Part shown: positions 8,376-17,282 of the stretch, in pieces
Numbering within the stretch: the first letter of the stretch is position 1
How the letters are laid out: each line of letters starts with the position of its first letter
Assembly: GCA_001695645.1 (NCBI GenBank)
Contig: LVZN01000006.1
Location: forward strand, 40,242 to 72,241
DNA from: Erysipelotrichaceae bacterium MTC7
GTDB lineage: Bacteria; Bacillota_I; Bacilli_A; Erysipelotrichales; Erysipelotrichaceae
Length of the DNA stretch: 32,000 nucleotides
Direction: 5' to 3'
The notes under the pieces: generated by a model
What the model was told of the DNA's origin: nothing
What the model saw: only the letters and a program-made list of their open reading frames with translations
The model's database searches: none
Program-made: the position numbers and the translations under genes

Positions 8376-9029
8376 CTACTGTTTTGCTTTCTCTTTACGT
8401 TTATAGGCTTCAAATTTCTCATTCTTACAAATGGAAAGAAATGGACACTGCTCACACTTAGGGTTTCTAGCCATGCAAAAGTAACGACCAAAAAAGATAA
8501 ACAATTGGTGTGCCATATTCCATTCATCCCGTGGGATTTTTCGTTTTAGTTTGCGTTCAACGACTTCAACACTATCTGCAAACTTGGCAAATCCCAAGCG
8601 TTTACTGATTCGTTCCACATGGGTATCTACTGGCATTGCGGGAATGTCAAAGTATTCTGTTTGCATTACACTTGCCGTTTTTCTACCGACGCCTGGCAGT
8701 TCTGTAAGTTTCTTAAAACTGCTTGGTACTTTACTGTCATAAACATCTGCAAGTACTTTCGCACATGCTTTGATGTTTTTTGCTTTGGCATGATACAAAC
8801 CTAGCTTCGAGATATCCTTTTCAATACGTTTGATATCACCATCCGCTAGTGCACGTGGTGTTGGAAAATGATAAAACAAGGCAGGTGTTACCTTATTGAC
8901 GGATTTATCCGTTGTTTGGGCACTTAGGATAATTGCAATCAACAACTCATAGTCACTATGATAATTGAGTTCGCAGTGGGCATCTGGAAACATATCCTTC
9001 AAGGTCCCTAAGATAAAAGAGACATCCAT
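8376..9029 (-). CDS. nth: Endonuclease III (DNA glycosylase/AP lyase)
   Basis: 217 aa. HhH-GPD region (LPGVGRKTA) and a C-terminal 4-Cys Fe-S cluster loop (CMARNPKCEQCPFLSIC). Confidence 0.92.
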   Translation of the reverse strand: MDVSFILGTLKDMFPDAHCELNYHSDYELLIAIILSAQTTDKSVNKVTPALFYHFPTPRALADGDIKRIEKDISKLGLYHAKAKNIKACAKVLADVYDSKVPSSFKKLTELPGVGRKTASVMQTEYFDIPAMPVDTHVERISKRLGFAKFADSVEVVERKLKRKIPRDEWNMAHQLFIFFGRYFCMARNPKCEQCPFLSICKNEKFEAYKRKEKAKQ

Positions 9030-9571
9030 TAGCGATCTCCCTTTTCATAATCTTCACTTGTAAAATTCTTAGCTTTCCACGCCCGTAAGATAGCTTCCAC
9101 ATATTCCATTTTTACTTTGTTGTAAACAATGGCTTCACGTAAGGCATAATCGATCAATTGTAAATCGTAACTTGTCATCCACTCCGTTAGTTTGGTCGCT
9201 TCTGGTTGGGTTAGTGGACGACCAAAACTATCTTCATAAAGTTCAAACAAACTTTCAAATTGTTGTTGGTTGATTGGTTCATTTTGCACACTCATCGTGA
9301 ACAATTTATCCATGTTATAGTGCACTTTTCCTTGGTGCATCTGCATGTCCAAATACCCAATTTGAATCAAGTTGGCGATGAGTTCATCCACTTCTTCCAT
9401 CGTTAATCCAAGATTTTCACTAGCAAGTTCCATCGTGAAATCCATAGCAAACTCATTACAAAAATCGATGTATAAAAGTAAAAAGGCTTCTTGGATGTTG
9501 ACATCCAATTGCTTCATTTCACTTAAGATATAATTGCGTCGATTGAAATACGGCATTTTTGCAATATTCAT
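9029..9571 (-). CDS. dnaD: DnaD-domain replication initiation/membrane attachment protein
   Basis: 180 aa. C-terminal DnaD/DnaB-2 domain pattern (FGRPLTQPEATKLTEWM...YALREAIVYNKVKMEYVEAILRAWK). dnaD-nth adjacency matches Bacillus. Confidence 0.8.
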   Translation of the reverse strand: MNIAKMPYFNRRNYILSEMKQLDVNIQEAFLLLYIDFCNEFAMDFTMELASENLGLTMEEVDELIANLIQIGYLDMQMHQGKVHYNMDKLFTMSVQNEPINQQQFESLFELYEDSFGRPLTQPEATKLTEWMTSYDLQLIDYALREAIVYNKVKMEYVEAILRAWKAKNFTSEDYEKGDR

Positions 9572-10026
9572 TATCGTTGTCCTCCATTGTAAAATAAGAC
9601 TTCAAAACTATCAAAGTCAACAACCAGCATGGTACTACCACTATTTGCCACATAGGCAATTCCTTCATAACCATAACCAATCGAAAATGTGGTGTTTGCC
9701 ATTTCTTTGTAGTTTGCTAAAAGTTCATTCGCTTTAGCGAAGTCTGCTTCACTTTTTTTGCGACTCGCAATTTTCTTTGCGTTTTCATCATAGATGGTAT
9801 AGCTTTCATCGCTTTCGCAAGTGAATGTGACATAACGAAAACTGTGACGTTCGATTTGTTCACATGCTTTATTCTCACTTTTGATTTCACTTTCGATACG
9901 ACGTTGCTCATATTCGTTTTTTAAGACCGGTCCACTTACAAAGATGCCCATCAATGAGACACAAATAATAACCAGTAATAACACAATAAAAGCGGTCAAA
10001 CCAAAGCGATGAAGTAAATTTCTCAT
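9571..10026 (-). CDS. Hypothetical membrane-anchored protein (possibly TseB/YpmB-like PepSY fold)
   Basis: 151 aa with one N-terminal TM helix (LTAFIVLLLVIICVSLMGIFV) and an extracytoplasmic domain. Its position upstream of dnaD resembles the Bacillus ypmB neighbourhood. Similarity was judged by eye only. Confidence 0.5.
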   Translation of the reverse strand: MRNLLHRFGLTAFIVLLLVIICVSLMGIFVSGPVLKNEYEQRRIESEIKSENKACEQIERHSFRYVTFTCESDESYTIYDENAKKIASRKKSEADFAKANELLANYKEMANTTFSIGYGYEGIAYVANSGSTMLVVDFDSFEVLFYNGGQR

Positions 10027-10032
10027 CTATGT

Positions 10033-10713
10033 TTAACTTCTCCCTACAAATTCTTCGATAAAGTTGGCGTTTTGCACCGTTGCATCGGCCAAGTTTTTTG
10101 CGTAATCCATTTCACTTCCATCAAAACATACGTTATCAGAAATGGCACGAATCACGATACATGGAACATCTTGCTTGTTGCAAACACGTGAGATTGCTCC
10201 ACTTTCCATTTCACATGCGATGACTTTTTTAAAGTGTTGACGTATAAAGTCAATTTGTGATTGTTCGGCAATAAATTGATCACCACTTGCAATGGTTCCA
10301 ATGTGGAGTTTTCCACATCCTTTTTCCGCGCAAATACGGTGTGCTAGTTGAATCAATGTTAAATAGGAATAGGAATAGATACCATATCCTTTTTCCCCAT
10401 CCACTGGGCTTGTATCGAAATCATGTTGCACAATTTTATCTCCGACAACGATATCAAGTATTTTTTGGTTTTCTGTAAAGCCCCCTGCGACTCCCGTACT
10501 CAACACATAGTTCACTTTATAGTGACATAGTAAAATAGCAGTTGTCATCGACGCCTGTACTTTACCGACACCACTTTGTGCTAGGATTACTTTTCTCCCT
10601 GCAAGTTTTCCTTCAATCACTGGAATTTCCATAACTTTTTTACGTTTCACTCCACTCATTTTCGCACTTATGGCTTCAACTTCACTATTCATGGCTGCAA
10701 TAATACAAATCAT
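10033..10713 (-). CDS. mtnN: 5'-methylthioadenosine/S-adenosylhomocysteine nucleosidase
   Basis: MICIIAAMNSEVEAI..., GVGKVQASM, and the ACEMESGAI catalytic region. The ATG at 10713 is preceded by AAAGGAGG. The ORF-track start at 10734 lacks an SD. Confidence 0.9.
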   Translation of the reverse strand: MICIIAAMNSEVEAISAKMSGVKRKKVMEIPVIEGKLAGRKVILAQSGVGKVQASMTTAILLCHYKVNYVLSTGVAGGFTENQKILDIVVGDKIVQHDFDTSPVDGEKGYGIYSYSYLTLIQLAHRICAEKGCGKLHIGTIASGDQFIAEQSQIDFIRQHFKKVIACEMESGAISRVCNKQDVPCIVIRAISDNVCFDGSEMDYAKNLADATVQNANFIEEFVGRS

Positions 10714-10715
10714 GT

Positions 10716-11414
10716 TTAACCCTCCTTTTGACACACATAAAAATATTTTTCACCTTCGACCATACCGGCTTGTTCAAAATCTGTCCAAATTGAAACAGTA
10801 AAGCCTAAAGATTGCAAGACATCCGTTATGTATTCAGGTTTAAAAACCCACTGTTCATGGTGCTCATAATGCGTACTTCCATCTTTTTCATAAAAGACAA
10901 AGTTGTGCAATAACCGGTTACCATCTGCGATGATACTCCAAATATAATCCGTACCATCGACCACCCCTGCTTCATAGAATTCTTGGGCAAATTCCGTTAA
11001 ACGGTCCATGGTATGCATATCAAACAAGAATGTCCCACCTACTTCTAAGTGATCATAGACCTGCTTAAAAACATGTTCAATATGTGCTTCATCAATATAG
11101 TTGATACTATCACAAAAACAAATGATGCTCTCGTACATTTTCGCTTGTTCCATTTGATACATATCCATAAAGGCGTAAGTAACCAAATGGTCCACATCTT
11201 TTTTACGTGCTTCTTCTAACATTTCTTCGGACAGATCCGTGGCAAGTAGTTGATACCCTGCTTTTGCAAGTTGCAAAGAAATCTCACCTGAACCACATGC
11301 CAGTTCTAACATGTTGGTTCCTTTTGCATGTGCTTTGACAAAGTCGACGTACGAACAAGTTGCTTGTTCATCTTTCACCAAACTATCGTAATGTTTAGCT
11401 AATTGGTTATACAT
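10716..11414 (-). CDS. Class I SAM-dependent methyltransferase (YqeM-like)
   Basis: LELACGSGEISLQLAKAG...ATDLSEEML SAM-binding motifs I and II. The start at 11414 (MYNQLAKHYD) overlaps the rsfS stop by 8 nt. Its position after rsfS matches B. subtilis yqeM. Confidence 0.85.
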   Translation of the reverse strand: MYNQLAKHYDSLVKDEQATCSYVDFVKAHAKGTNMLELACGSGEISLQLAKAGYQLLATDLSEEMLEEARKKDVDHLVTYAFMDMYQMEQAKMYESIICFCDSINYIDEAHIEHVFKQVYDHLEVGGTFLFDMHTMDRLTEFAQEFYEAGVVDGTDYIWSIIADGNRLLHNFVFYEKDGSTHYEHHEQWVFKPEYITDVLQSLGFTVSIWTDFEQAGMVEGEKYFYVCQKEG

Positions 11415-11748
11415 GACTCTCCAATCTTGGTAAATCTCCATACAAACGTTCCAGTTTATACACATTACGTTCTTCATCTAAGAACACATGCACAATCACT
11501 TCGTCAGCATCGATTAAAATCCAACGCGAATTTTTATCCCCTTCAAAGTGATGAATGCTTAAACCATTTTCTTTTAACGCAGTTTCGATATTACTAGCAA
11601 TCGCATATACTTGACGTAAGTTATCAGCACTTGTAATAATCACACGGTCAATAAATGGGTTTAATGCCGTAAAGTCATACATCATGACATCTTCCCCTTT
11701 GGTGTTATCAATTGCTTCAAGGATTACTTTTACTTTATTTTCCATCAT
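11407..11748 (-). CDS. rsfS: Ribosome silencing factor RsfS (iojap family)
   Basis: The GEDVMMYDF...FIDRVIITSADNLRQVYAIASNIE...W.LIDADEVIVHVF pattern is typical of RsfS. The ATG at 11748 is preceded by GGAGAAG. The longer start at 11763 lacks an SD. Confidence 0.88.
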   Translation of the reverse strand: MMENKVKVILEAIDNTKGEDVMMYDFTALNPFIDRVIITSADNLRQVYAIASNIETALKENGLSIHHFEGDKNSRWILIDADEVIVHVFLDEERNVYKLERLYGDLPRLESHV

Positions 11749-12772
11749 TGTATTCTTCTCCATAGTATGTTGCTTGGTCTTTTTTTACTGCACGAAACCC
11801 TTCATGTAGGTTTTCTTTACTACGTGCAATCAGAGCTGAACTATCATAATCCCGCAAAGGATCACACTTATCAGCGATATATAATATTTTAGCATAATTT
11901 GAGTGGCAATTACCTAAGACATGATGTGCAATTGCTTCACACAAAGTATCATTTTTTAAAAACAGCTGCTTTTTGCAGACATATGCACCCATAAATCCAT
12001 GCCAAATACTTTCTTTTTCCTTTAACAAGTCTGGTGCTAAGACATGTAAGATGCGCTTACTGTCTTCAACACTTATGCGCTTGAATTCTTTATTGATATC
12101 ATGGTAATAGCCCATCAGATACGCCAAATCTTCATCAAGGTTATGCGCGTGTGCAAGTTCTTTACATAATGTGGCTACCGACAGCGAGTGTTCATAACGA
12201 TATGTACTCATCGCCGTTTTTAAAATGTCATCATAAAGCAGTTTCGTACAAAAATACGAAATCACATCCGCATCAACATGTTCTAGTTTTCCACTGCGAA
12301 TGTCACTTGAACTAATGGCAACAGCATCCATTGCAAGGTGTTGCCATTTATACGGACTCTTACTTGCTTTACCATTACGCGCAAAGGCACATAGTTGCAC
12401 CAAGTGTTGCAACTCATCAATACCTTTCCATGCGTCCAGTTGATCGACTTGATCATTTCCTAACAGAAAGTAAAACTCGGTTGTTGGATGTAGCTTTTTT
12501 AGTCTTTTTACCGTGTCAATCGTATAGTTTTTTTGCTTACTACCTTTTTCAATGTCACAAACTTTAAACTTAGCAAACTTGTGAAAAGCAAGTTCCAACA
12601 TCTTTCTACGATCTTCATAACTTGTAAGTTTTCTGTCTTTTAAAGGCGTTTGTTCACTTAAGACAAACCAAACTTCATCGACATGCAATTGTTGTAAGGC
12701 ATGTTTTGCCATCGCGATATGTCCTTTGTGGACAGGATCAAAACTACCTCCTAATAAACCGATTTTTCTCAT
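11735..12772 (-). CDS. nadD: Fusion protein: nicotinate-nucleotide adenylyltransferase NadD (N-terminal) plus YqeK-type HD-domain hydrolase (C-terminal)
   Basis: 345 aa. N-terminus GLLGGSFDPVHKGHI (HxGH nucleotidyltransferase) and SSSDIR. C-terminal half YRYEHSLSVATLCKELA...GYYHDINKE (HD motif) and IADKCDP, typical of YqeK. Confidence 0.88.
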   Translation of the reverse strand: MRKIGLLGGSFDPVHKGHIAMAKHALQQLHVDEVWFVLSEQTPLKDRKLTSYEDRRKMLELAFHKFAKFKVCDIEKGSKQKNYTIDTVKRLKKLHPTTEFYFLLGNDQVDQLDAWKGIDELQHLVQLCAFARNGKASKSPYKWQHLAMDAVAISSSDIRSGKLEHVDADVISYFCTKLLYDDILKTAMSTYRYEHSLSVATLCKELAHAHNLDEDLAYLMGYYHDINKEFKRISVEDSKRILHVLAPDLLKEKESIWHGFMGAYVCKKQLFLKNDTLCEAIAHHVLGNCHSNYAKILYIADKCDPLRDYDSSALIARSKENLHEGFRAVKKDQATYYGEEYNDGK

Positions 12773-13053
12773 ATTTGAATTAATTTCTTCTTACTTGGAC
12801 GATACAGTACAATCACTCGTCCCACCACTTGCACAAGTTCGCTATTGGTCATACTTGCTAAATCCAATGCCATTTCTTTGACATTATCATCGCAGTTTTT
12901 CAATACGGTAATTTTTACCAGTTCGTGTGCTTCTAAACTCACTTCCGTACTTTCAACCAAGTTGGCACTTAGCCCACCTTTTCCAATTTGTACCAAAGCT
13001 TTTGTATTTACAGCAAGCGCACGTAGCGCTCGTCTTTGCTTTCCATTTAACAT
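12769..13053 (-). CDS. yhbY: YhbY/YqeI CRM-domain RNA-binding protein
   Basis: MLNGKQRRALRALAVNTKALVQIGKGGLS...ELVKI motif set. The ATG at 13053 shares one nt with the yqeH stop (TAATG). The ORF-track N-terminal extension (to 13140) is Cys/Arg-rich junk inside yqeH. Confidence 0.85.
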   Translation of the reverse strand: MLNGKQRRALRALAVNTKALVQIGKGGLSANLVESTEVSLEAHELVKITVLKNCDDNVKEMALDLASMTNSELVQVVGRVIVLYRPSKKKLIQI

Positions 13054-14120
13054 TATATCATAGCCTTTCTTTGGATGACTTCTACTGCAGCATCTGCATA
13101 GACATCGATGCGTGAAACATGACCATGAATACAAAACCAACCCAGTCCTGCAATCACGATATCAATTTTATCTTCTTTTTTGGTGAATGAGGTTTTCTTC
13201 ATCTCACTTGCATTTGTTTCAATACTTGGGCTAAGAAGTTCACCAAGTTGATTTTGCCACAACGTATCTGCATTTTCTTGCTTGCTGCGGTGAATGTGCA
13301 AACGATCAGAGAAGTAACAAATACAACTTACATTCTCACAATCAAACAAATCCAAACGCACATAACCAGCAAGAGATAAGGTTTGGTTTTGACGTAGTTG
13401 AAATTTCTTTGGGTTCACTTCTTTATGAAACATGACATCCTTCAACTGATTTTCTGGCACATAGGTTAAATAACTTTGCGTGTTCACCATACCTGGTGTG
13501 TCATATAACGTATACCCATCAAATGGAATGGGGTTCAAGTCCAACGTCGTTCCTGGATGATGTGAAATCGTTAAGTCATGAGTGTGCATCAAAGCGTTAA
13601 GTAAGGTACTTTTTCCTGCATTTGCATTTCCTAGCATCACGACATCACGACCTTTGCGATAGGTTGCAATCGCTGCCATCACTTCTTTTACACTTTGTTT
13701 TTCTTGCTTGTGCATGTTTGGTACAGCAACAATTCCAACCACTTGAATTCCATTGGAATGCAAACGTTGTTGAATGAAACTCCCCATCTTACTTGCACTG
13801 GTTGTACGTGGTAAAAGATCACTTTTCGTACAAACCAAAAGAATATCTTTACCGATGAAATGACGGTTCATCCCTTTGATGATACTTGCTTCAAAGTCCA
13901 TGATGTCAACCACCCAAACAATTAGTGCATCTAAATCATTTACATTTGCAAGTAAGGCATCATTATCAATTCCTTTTTGCATATTGATCATCACATCGCC
14001 ATAATGCGACAAACGAAAACAACGCTTGCAGTAATCTTGGTCCATATTTGCGACATAACCTAGTCCATTTGGGTTTTCTGTTTGTAGTGTAACACCACAT
14101 CCTTTACATTTTTTACTCAT
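13053..14120 (-). CDS. yqeH: Ribosome biogenesis GTPase YqeH
   Basis: N-terminal zinc finger CKGCG...CKRCF. Circularly permuted GTPase motifs (TKSDLL before GNANAGKST and DTPG). The ATG at 14120 is preceded by AAGGAG. Confidence 0.9.
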   Translation of the reverse strand: MSKKCKGCGVTLQTENPNGLGYVANMDQDYCKRCFRLSHYGDVMINMQKGIDNDALLANVNDLDALIVWVVDIMDFEASIIKGMNRHFIGKDILLVCTKSDLLPRTTSASKMGSFIQQRLHSNGIQVVGIVAVPNMHKQEKQSVKEVMAAIATYRKGRDVVMLGNANAGKSTLLNALMHTHDLTISHHPGTTLDLNPIPFDGYTLYDTPGMVNTQSYLTYVPENQLKDVMFHKEVNPKKFQLRQNQTLSLAGYVRLDLFDCENVSCICYFSDRLHIHRSKQENADTLWQNQLGELLSPSIETNASEMKKTSFTKKEDKIDIVIAGLGWFCIHGHVSRIDVYADAAVEVIQRKAMI

Positions 14121-14637
14121 CAAATACTCCTTTTTTAAGTATATTTTTCTTTTCTAGTTGTTTGTAGACAAAGTTTTCAAAGATACGATTCACCTTTGTT
14201 GCTTTGATATCACGTTGTACCAATGGTGCTGTATGAATCACATACATGTGCATACGTTTGGCTCCCAGTACATCAGTCATCAACTGATCCCCTACAGCAA
14301 CCACGTGTTCTGCTTGTACATGGTAGTCACGCAAGATCTTTTTATAGGTCCGTTTTAACGGTTTATTAGCAAAACTGTAAAAGGGAACATCTAAAGCTTT
14401 TGCAAATGTCTCTACCCGGTTTTTGTAATTGTTTGAAATCATGCAAACTTGCATACCACTTTGCTTTACTTTTGTGATAAAGGCACGAGCTGCATCACTT
14501 GGATGTGACTGATCATGTGCCACCATCGTATTGTCAATATCACAAATCATCAAGGTAAAACCTTGCGCAACAAGCTTGTCAATATCAATCGATTCAAAAC
14601 TTTTTACATAGGCATCTGGGGTAAAGTATTTTAACAT
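14113..14637 (-). CDS. YqeG-family HAD-IIIA phosphatase
   Basis: CDIDNT (DxDxT) motif, ISNN, GDQLMTD. Start chosen at MLKYFTPDAY (14637). First gene of the conserved yqeG-yqeH operon. Confidence 0.85.
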   Translation of the reverse strand: MLKYFTPDAYVKSFESIDIDKLVAQGFTLMICDIDNTMVAHDQSHPSDAARAFITKVKQSGMQVCMISNNYKNRVETFAKALDVPFYSFANKPLKRTYKKILRDYHVQAEHVVAVGDQLMTDVLGAKRMHMYVIHTAPLVQRDIKATKVNRIFENFVYKQLEKKNILKKGVFDE

Positions 14638-14715
14638 AGATTCTCGCTTTCTTTCATTCAATAATAGTACCATTAATGGGCTTGTTTATCAATTTACAAT
14701 ACACGCAATGTAGCG

Positions 14716-14741
14716 AAACAAAAACAGCATTTCGCTGTTTA
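14716..14741 (-). terminator. Intrinsic terminator after the 194-aa gene
   Basis: Minus strand: TAA-ACAGC-gaaat-GCTGU followed by UUUUGUUU. The hairpin starts at the stop codon. Confidence 0.6.
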
Positions 14742-15323
14742 TTTTGGTTCATACCGACGTTTCGCCGCAATGTCTTTCATATAGTTTTTTAGTTCAATGC
14801 GTACTTCTGGTGCCTCTTGTTGAAGATAGGCTACACATGCTTCGTGCTCTTTTTCATCAAGTTTCACCACAAAGTCGCGTTTCTTTGTTTCAAGTAAGGC
14901 AAACTGCTTTGCAAGCACAACTTGAACCACACTTCCATATGCTTTTCCATCAATCTGGATATTCGCCTTTTCCAGTTGAACTTTCTTCTCGTATGACGCT
15001 CCTAAATAACTTTGCCAGTCTTTCGTTAATTGACTGACCGTATATTCAGGGTCACGGTTCTTATACGTCTTTGATACAAGTTTTCCTAAGTATAATACAA
15101 CCGCCAAGACCATAAGTCCTACAATGACATTCACTACTTTGTACAGCAGTAAATCTGCATAATACGCTTGGGTAAGTAAGGCAACACTTAGTAGTGTCAA
15201 TAAGGCAATCACAACATTTAATAAACGATATAGACGACCAAGTGCATAACGGTCAATATGTTGGTACGCATAGTCTTTTACATCACTTGCTTCCATGGGT
15301 TTATCAAAAATAAAGGGCTGCAT
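14739..15323 (-). CDS. Hypothetical membrane protein (2 TM helices plus ~110-aa cytoplasmic C-terminal domain)
   Basis: 194 aa. Hydrophobic segments LLNVVIALLTLLSVALL and VVNVIVGLMVLAVVLYL. TAATG overlap with the upstream 353-aa gene. No family recognised. Confidence 0.6.
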   Translation of the reverse strand: MQPFIFDKPMEASDVKDYAYQHIDRYALGRLYRLLNVVIALLTLLSVALLTQAYYADLLLYKVVNVIVGLMVLAVVLYLGKLVSKTYKNRDPEYTVSQLTKDWQSYLGASYEKKVQLEKANIQIDGKAYGSVVQVVLAKQFALLETKKRDFVVKLDEKEHEACVAYLQQEAPEVRIELKNYMKDIAAKRRYEPK

Positions 15324-16384
15324 TACGCGATTTCAGTCGATTCATCATTGAATGCACGATATTCTAGTTGGACACTCAAATGACGATTGATATTTTGAAG
15401 TGCTTTAATAAAGGCTTCCTTGTCATAAATGGCAAGGTCTACATATGCATATACGGCTCCCATGGCTCCACCGATGCTTTTTGCGATCCCTTTTTCAAAC
15501 AAAAGCTCGTTTAACTTCTTTTCAAGTGCTTGCCGATATAAGGCATCACTTTCATTTCCATTTTGGTTTTTGTAGTAGACATAACCAAACTCTCCACCGA
15601 AGTCAAAAAATTCATGACTACTCACATATTGATCTTGTAAGCTTTCTGCAATCAAAATTGGATGTGTGGTAAAGATGATTTTCATATCTTGACGGACTTC
15701 GTCCTTAATTTTCTTTTCATCAAGTTTGTACACACGATAAATTTGTGTTGGATCTTGATACATTGGCCATTCGTGCTCATCCACAAGTTCCATCAACAAT
15801 TCATAAAATTGTGAAAGGACCACTTGTGAACCACCATGGCGTTCTCTTGTGACTTCATAGCTTGCAATATACGCTTCTAGTGCACATTCACCAATGAATA
15901 ATTGCAACATATAGACAGCTACTTCATTTGCTTTGTTGTCATCCATCACTGCAAATGCATCACAGTATACCTCGCAGTGAACCGCTTTGGCAGTTTCGTC
16001 AATTTCATAATAGATCATGAAATCTTCGGCACTGTATTCTTGATCTTGCACACGTAAAATCGTGTTGATTGCCTTTTCTGATAATGGAGGTAAATAACTA
16101 TTTACAATCCATGTATCAAGAATTGCTTCGGGTGCATATGCTTTTAATAACACCCCTATCAGTTGAACATTTTTATCTTGTCCACTTAAAAAGGTGATTT
16201 CATAACTATCCGCTTCTTTGGCAATTTCCAATTCAGAATTTGAAAACTCTTCAAAATACGTACTTAGTATTTTGGTGATTTCACCAACTTCAGCAACATC
16301 ATGAGCATCTAACGCACGTTCTAAATTGCTTCTTTCTTCTAAGAAGATTTTCCAAAAGCGAATGACTTGTTGTTTAATGTTCAT
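15323..16384 (-). CDS. Hypothetical soluble protein, 353 aa, no recognisable catalytic motif
   Basis: The ATG at 16384 (MNIKQQVIRFWKIF...) is preceded by GAGAGGAAAAAAG. Acidic, with no TM helix or signal peptide. Overlaps the VanZ-like gene end by 11 nt. Confidence 0.65.
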   Translation of the reverse strand: MNIKQQVIRFWKIFLEERSNLERALDAHDVAEVGEITKILSTYFEEFSNSELEIAKEADSYEITFLSGQDKNVQLIGVLLKAYAPEAILDTWIVNSYLPPLSEKAINTILRVQDQEYSAEDFMIYYEIDETAKAVHCEVYCDAFAVMDDNKANEVAVYMLQLFIGECALEAYIASYEVTRERHGGSQVVLSQFYELLMELVDEHEWPMYQDPTQIYRVYKLDEKKIKDEVRQDMKIIFTTHPILIAESLQDQYVSSHEFFDFGGEFGYVYYKNQNGNESDALYRQALEKKLNELLFEKGIAKSIGGAMGAVYAYVDLAIYDKEAFIKALQNINRHLSVQLEYRAFNDESTEIA

Positions 16385-16916
16385 CTTTTTTCCTCTCTGT
16401 GTGTAACCATCGATATACGATATATCCCAGCATTCCACCTAACGTATTCAAGATGATATCATCGATATCACTAATTCCAACACGTAGTACATATTGTCCA
16501 AGTTCAATGTAAAATGATAACATGAAACTATACAGAATGACTTTTTTTAAGGATATTCGTTTTACAAAGTTGTGCAACATATAACCAAAGGGCATAAACC
16601 AAACAATGTTTCCTAAGATGTTGTACACCAAATACATAAACGATTGTAAGGGATACTGCAGGGCTGCATGTTTGTAGTTTTCTAACATTTGCACCATCGG
16701 AATCAAATTGATCACACCGGTTTCATTGGTAAAAAAACCTTCACGCACCACGGTTATATAAAACAAATTGCACATATAAAACGCAAAAAGAAAAACATGC
16801 AGGATTCCCTTACGTTTTTCTTTTTTTGCTTGGTGGTAAATGAGCGTGAACCCACCTGCCACAATAAAGGACAGAAACAGACTATGCATCATTAAATCAA
16901 CTATCCAATGTGTCAT
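16374..16916 (-). CDS. VanZ-family membrane protein
   Basis: 180 aa, multi-TM, with NLIPM, NIVWFMPFGYML and IELGQY...DIDDIILNTLGGMLGY matching the VanZ-like pattern. SD AAGGGGGA. Only 16 nt downstream of the rbfA stop. Confidence 0.8.
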   Translation of the reverse strand: MTHWIVDLMMHSLFLSFIVAGGFTLIYHQAKKEKRKGILHVFLFAFYMCNLFYITVVREGFFTNETGVINLIPMVQMLENYKHAALQYPLQSFMYLVYNILGNIVWFMPFGYMLHNFVKRISLKKVILYSFMLSFYIELGQYVLRVGISDIDDIILNTLGGMLGYIVYRWLHTERKKDEH

Positions 16917-16932
16917 CGTCTGTCCCCCTTAC

Positions 16933-17280
16933 TTATTTTTCCGTTTTGTGTAAATTTGCAATAATTTGTTCGATTTTATTACCTTGTTCCAATGATTCGT
17001 CTAAAACGAATTCAAGTTCAGGAACTTTACGCATCGATAACGTCTTTGCTAATTCACTACGAATAAATCCTTTCGAACGGTGCAATGCATCCATTCCGGC
17101 TTCCTTACGCGCATCTTTTCCTAGAAAAGATACGTATACTTTTGCAACTGATAAATCACTTGTTACTTTAACATCCATCACAGTAACAAATCCAACTTTT
17201 GGATCTTTTACGGCACGTTGAATGATTTCACTAATGTTTTTTTGAATCAGTCCGGCAATTCTTTCTTTTTTAATACTCAT
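16933..17280 (-). CDS. rbfA: Ribosome-binding factor A
   Basis: 115 aa. RIAGLIQKNISEII...DPKVGFVTVMDVKVTSDLSVAKVYVS pattern. Directly after infB. Confidence 0.93.
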   Translation of the reverse strand: MSIKKERIAGLIQKNISEIIQRAVKDPKVGFVTVMDVKVTSDLSVAKVYVSFLGKDARKEAGMDALHRSKGFIRSELAKTLSMRKVPELEFVLDESLEQGNKIEQIIANLHKTEK

Positions 17281-17282
17281 GA

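Noticed and set aside
13054-13140. N-terminal extension of the yhbY ORF (MVLYSWSCFTHRCLCRCC...).
   Set aside because: It sits inside the yqeH coding sequence and has an implausible Cys/Arg-rich composition. The conserved YhbY sequence starts at the ATG at 13053, coupled to the yqeH stop.
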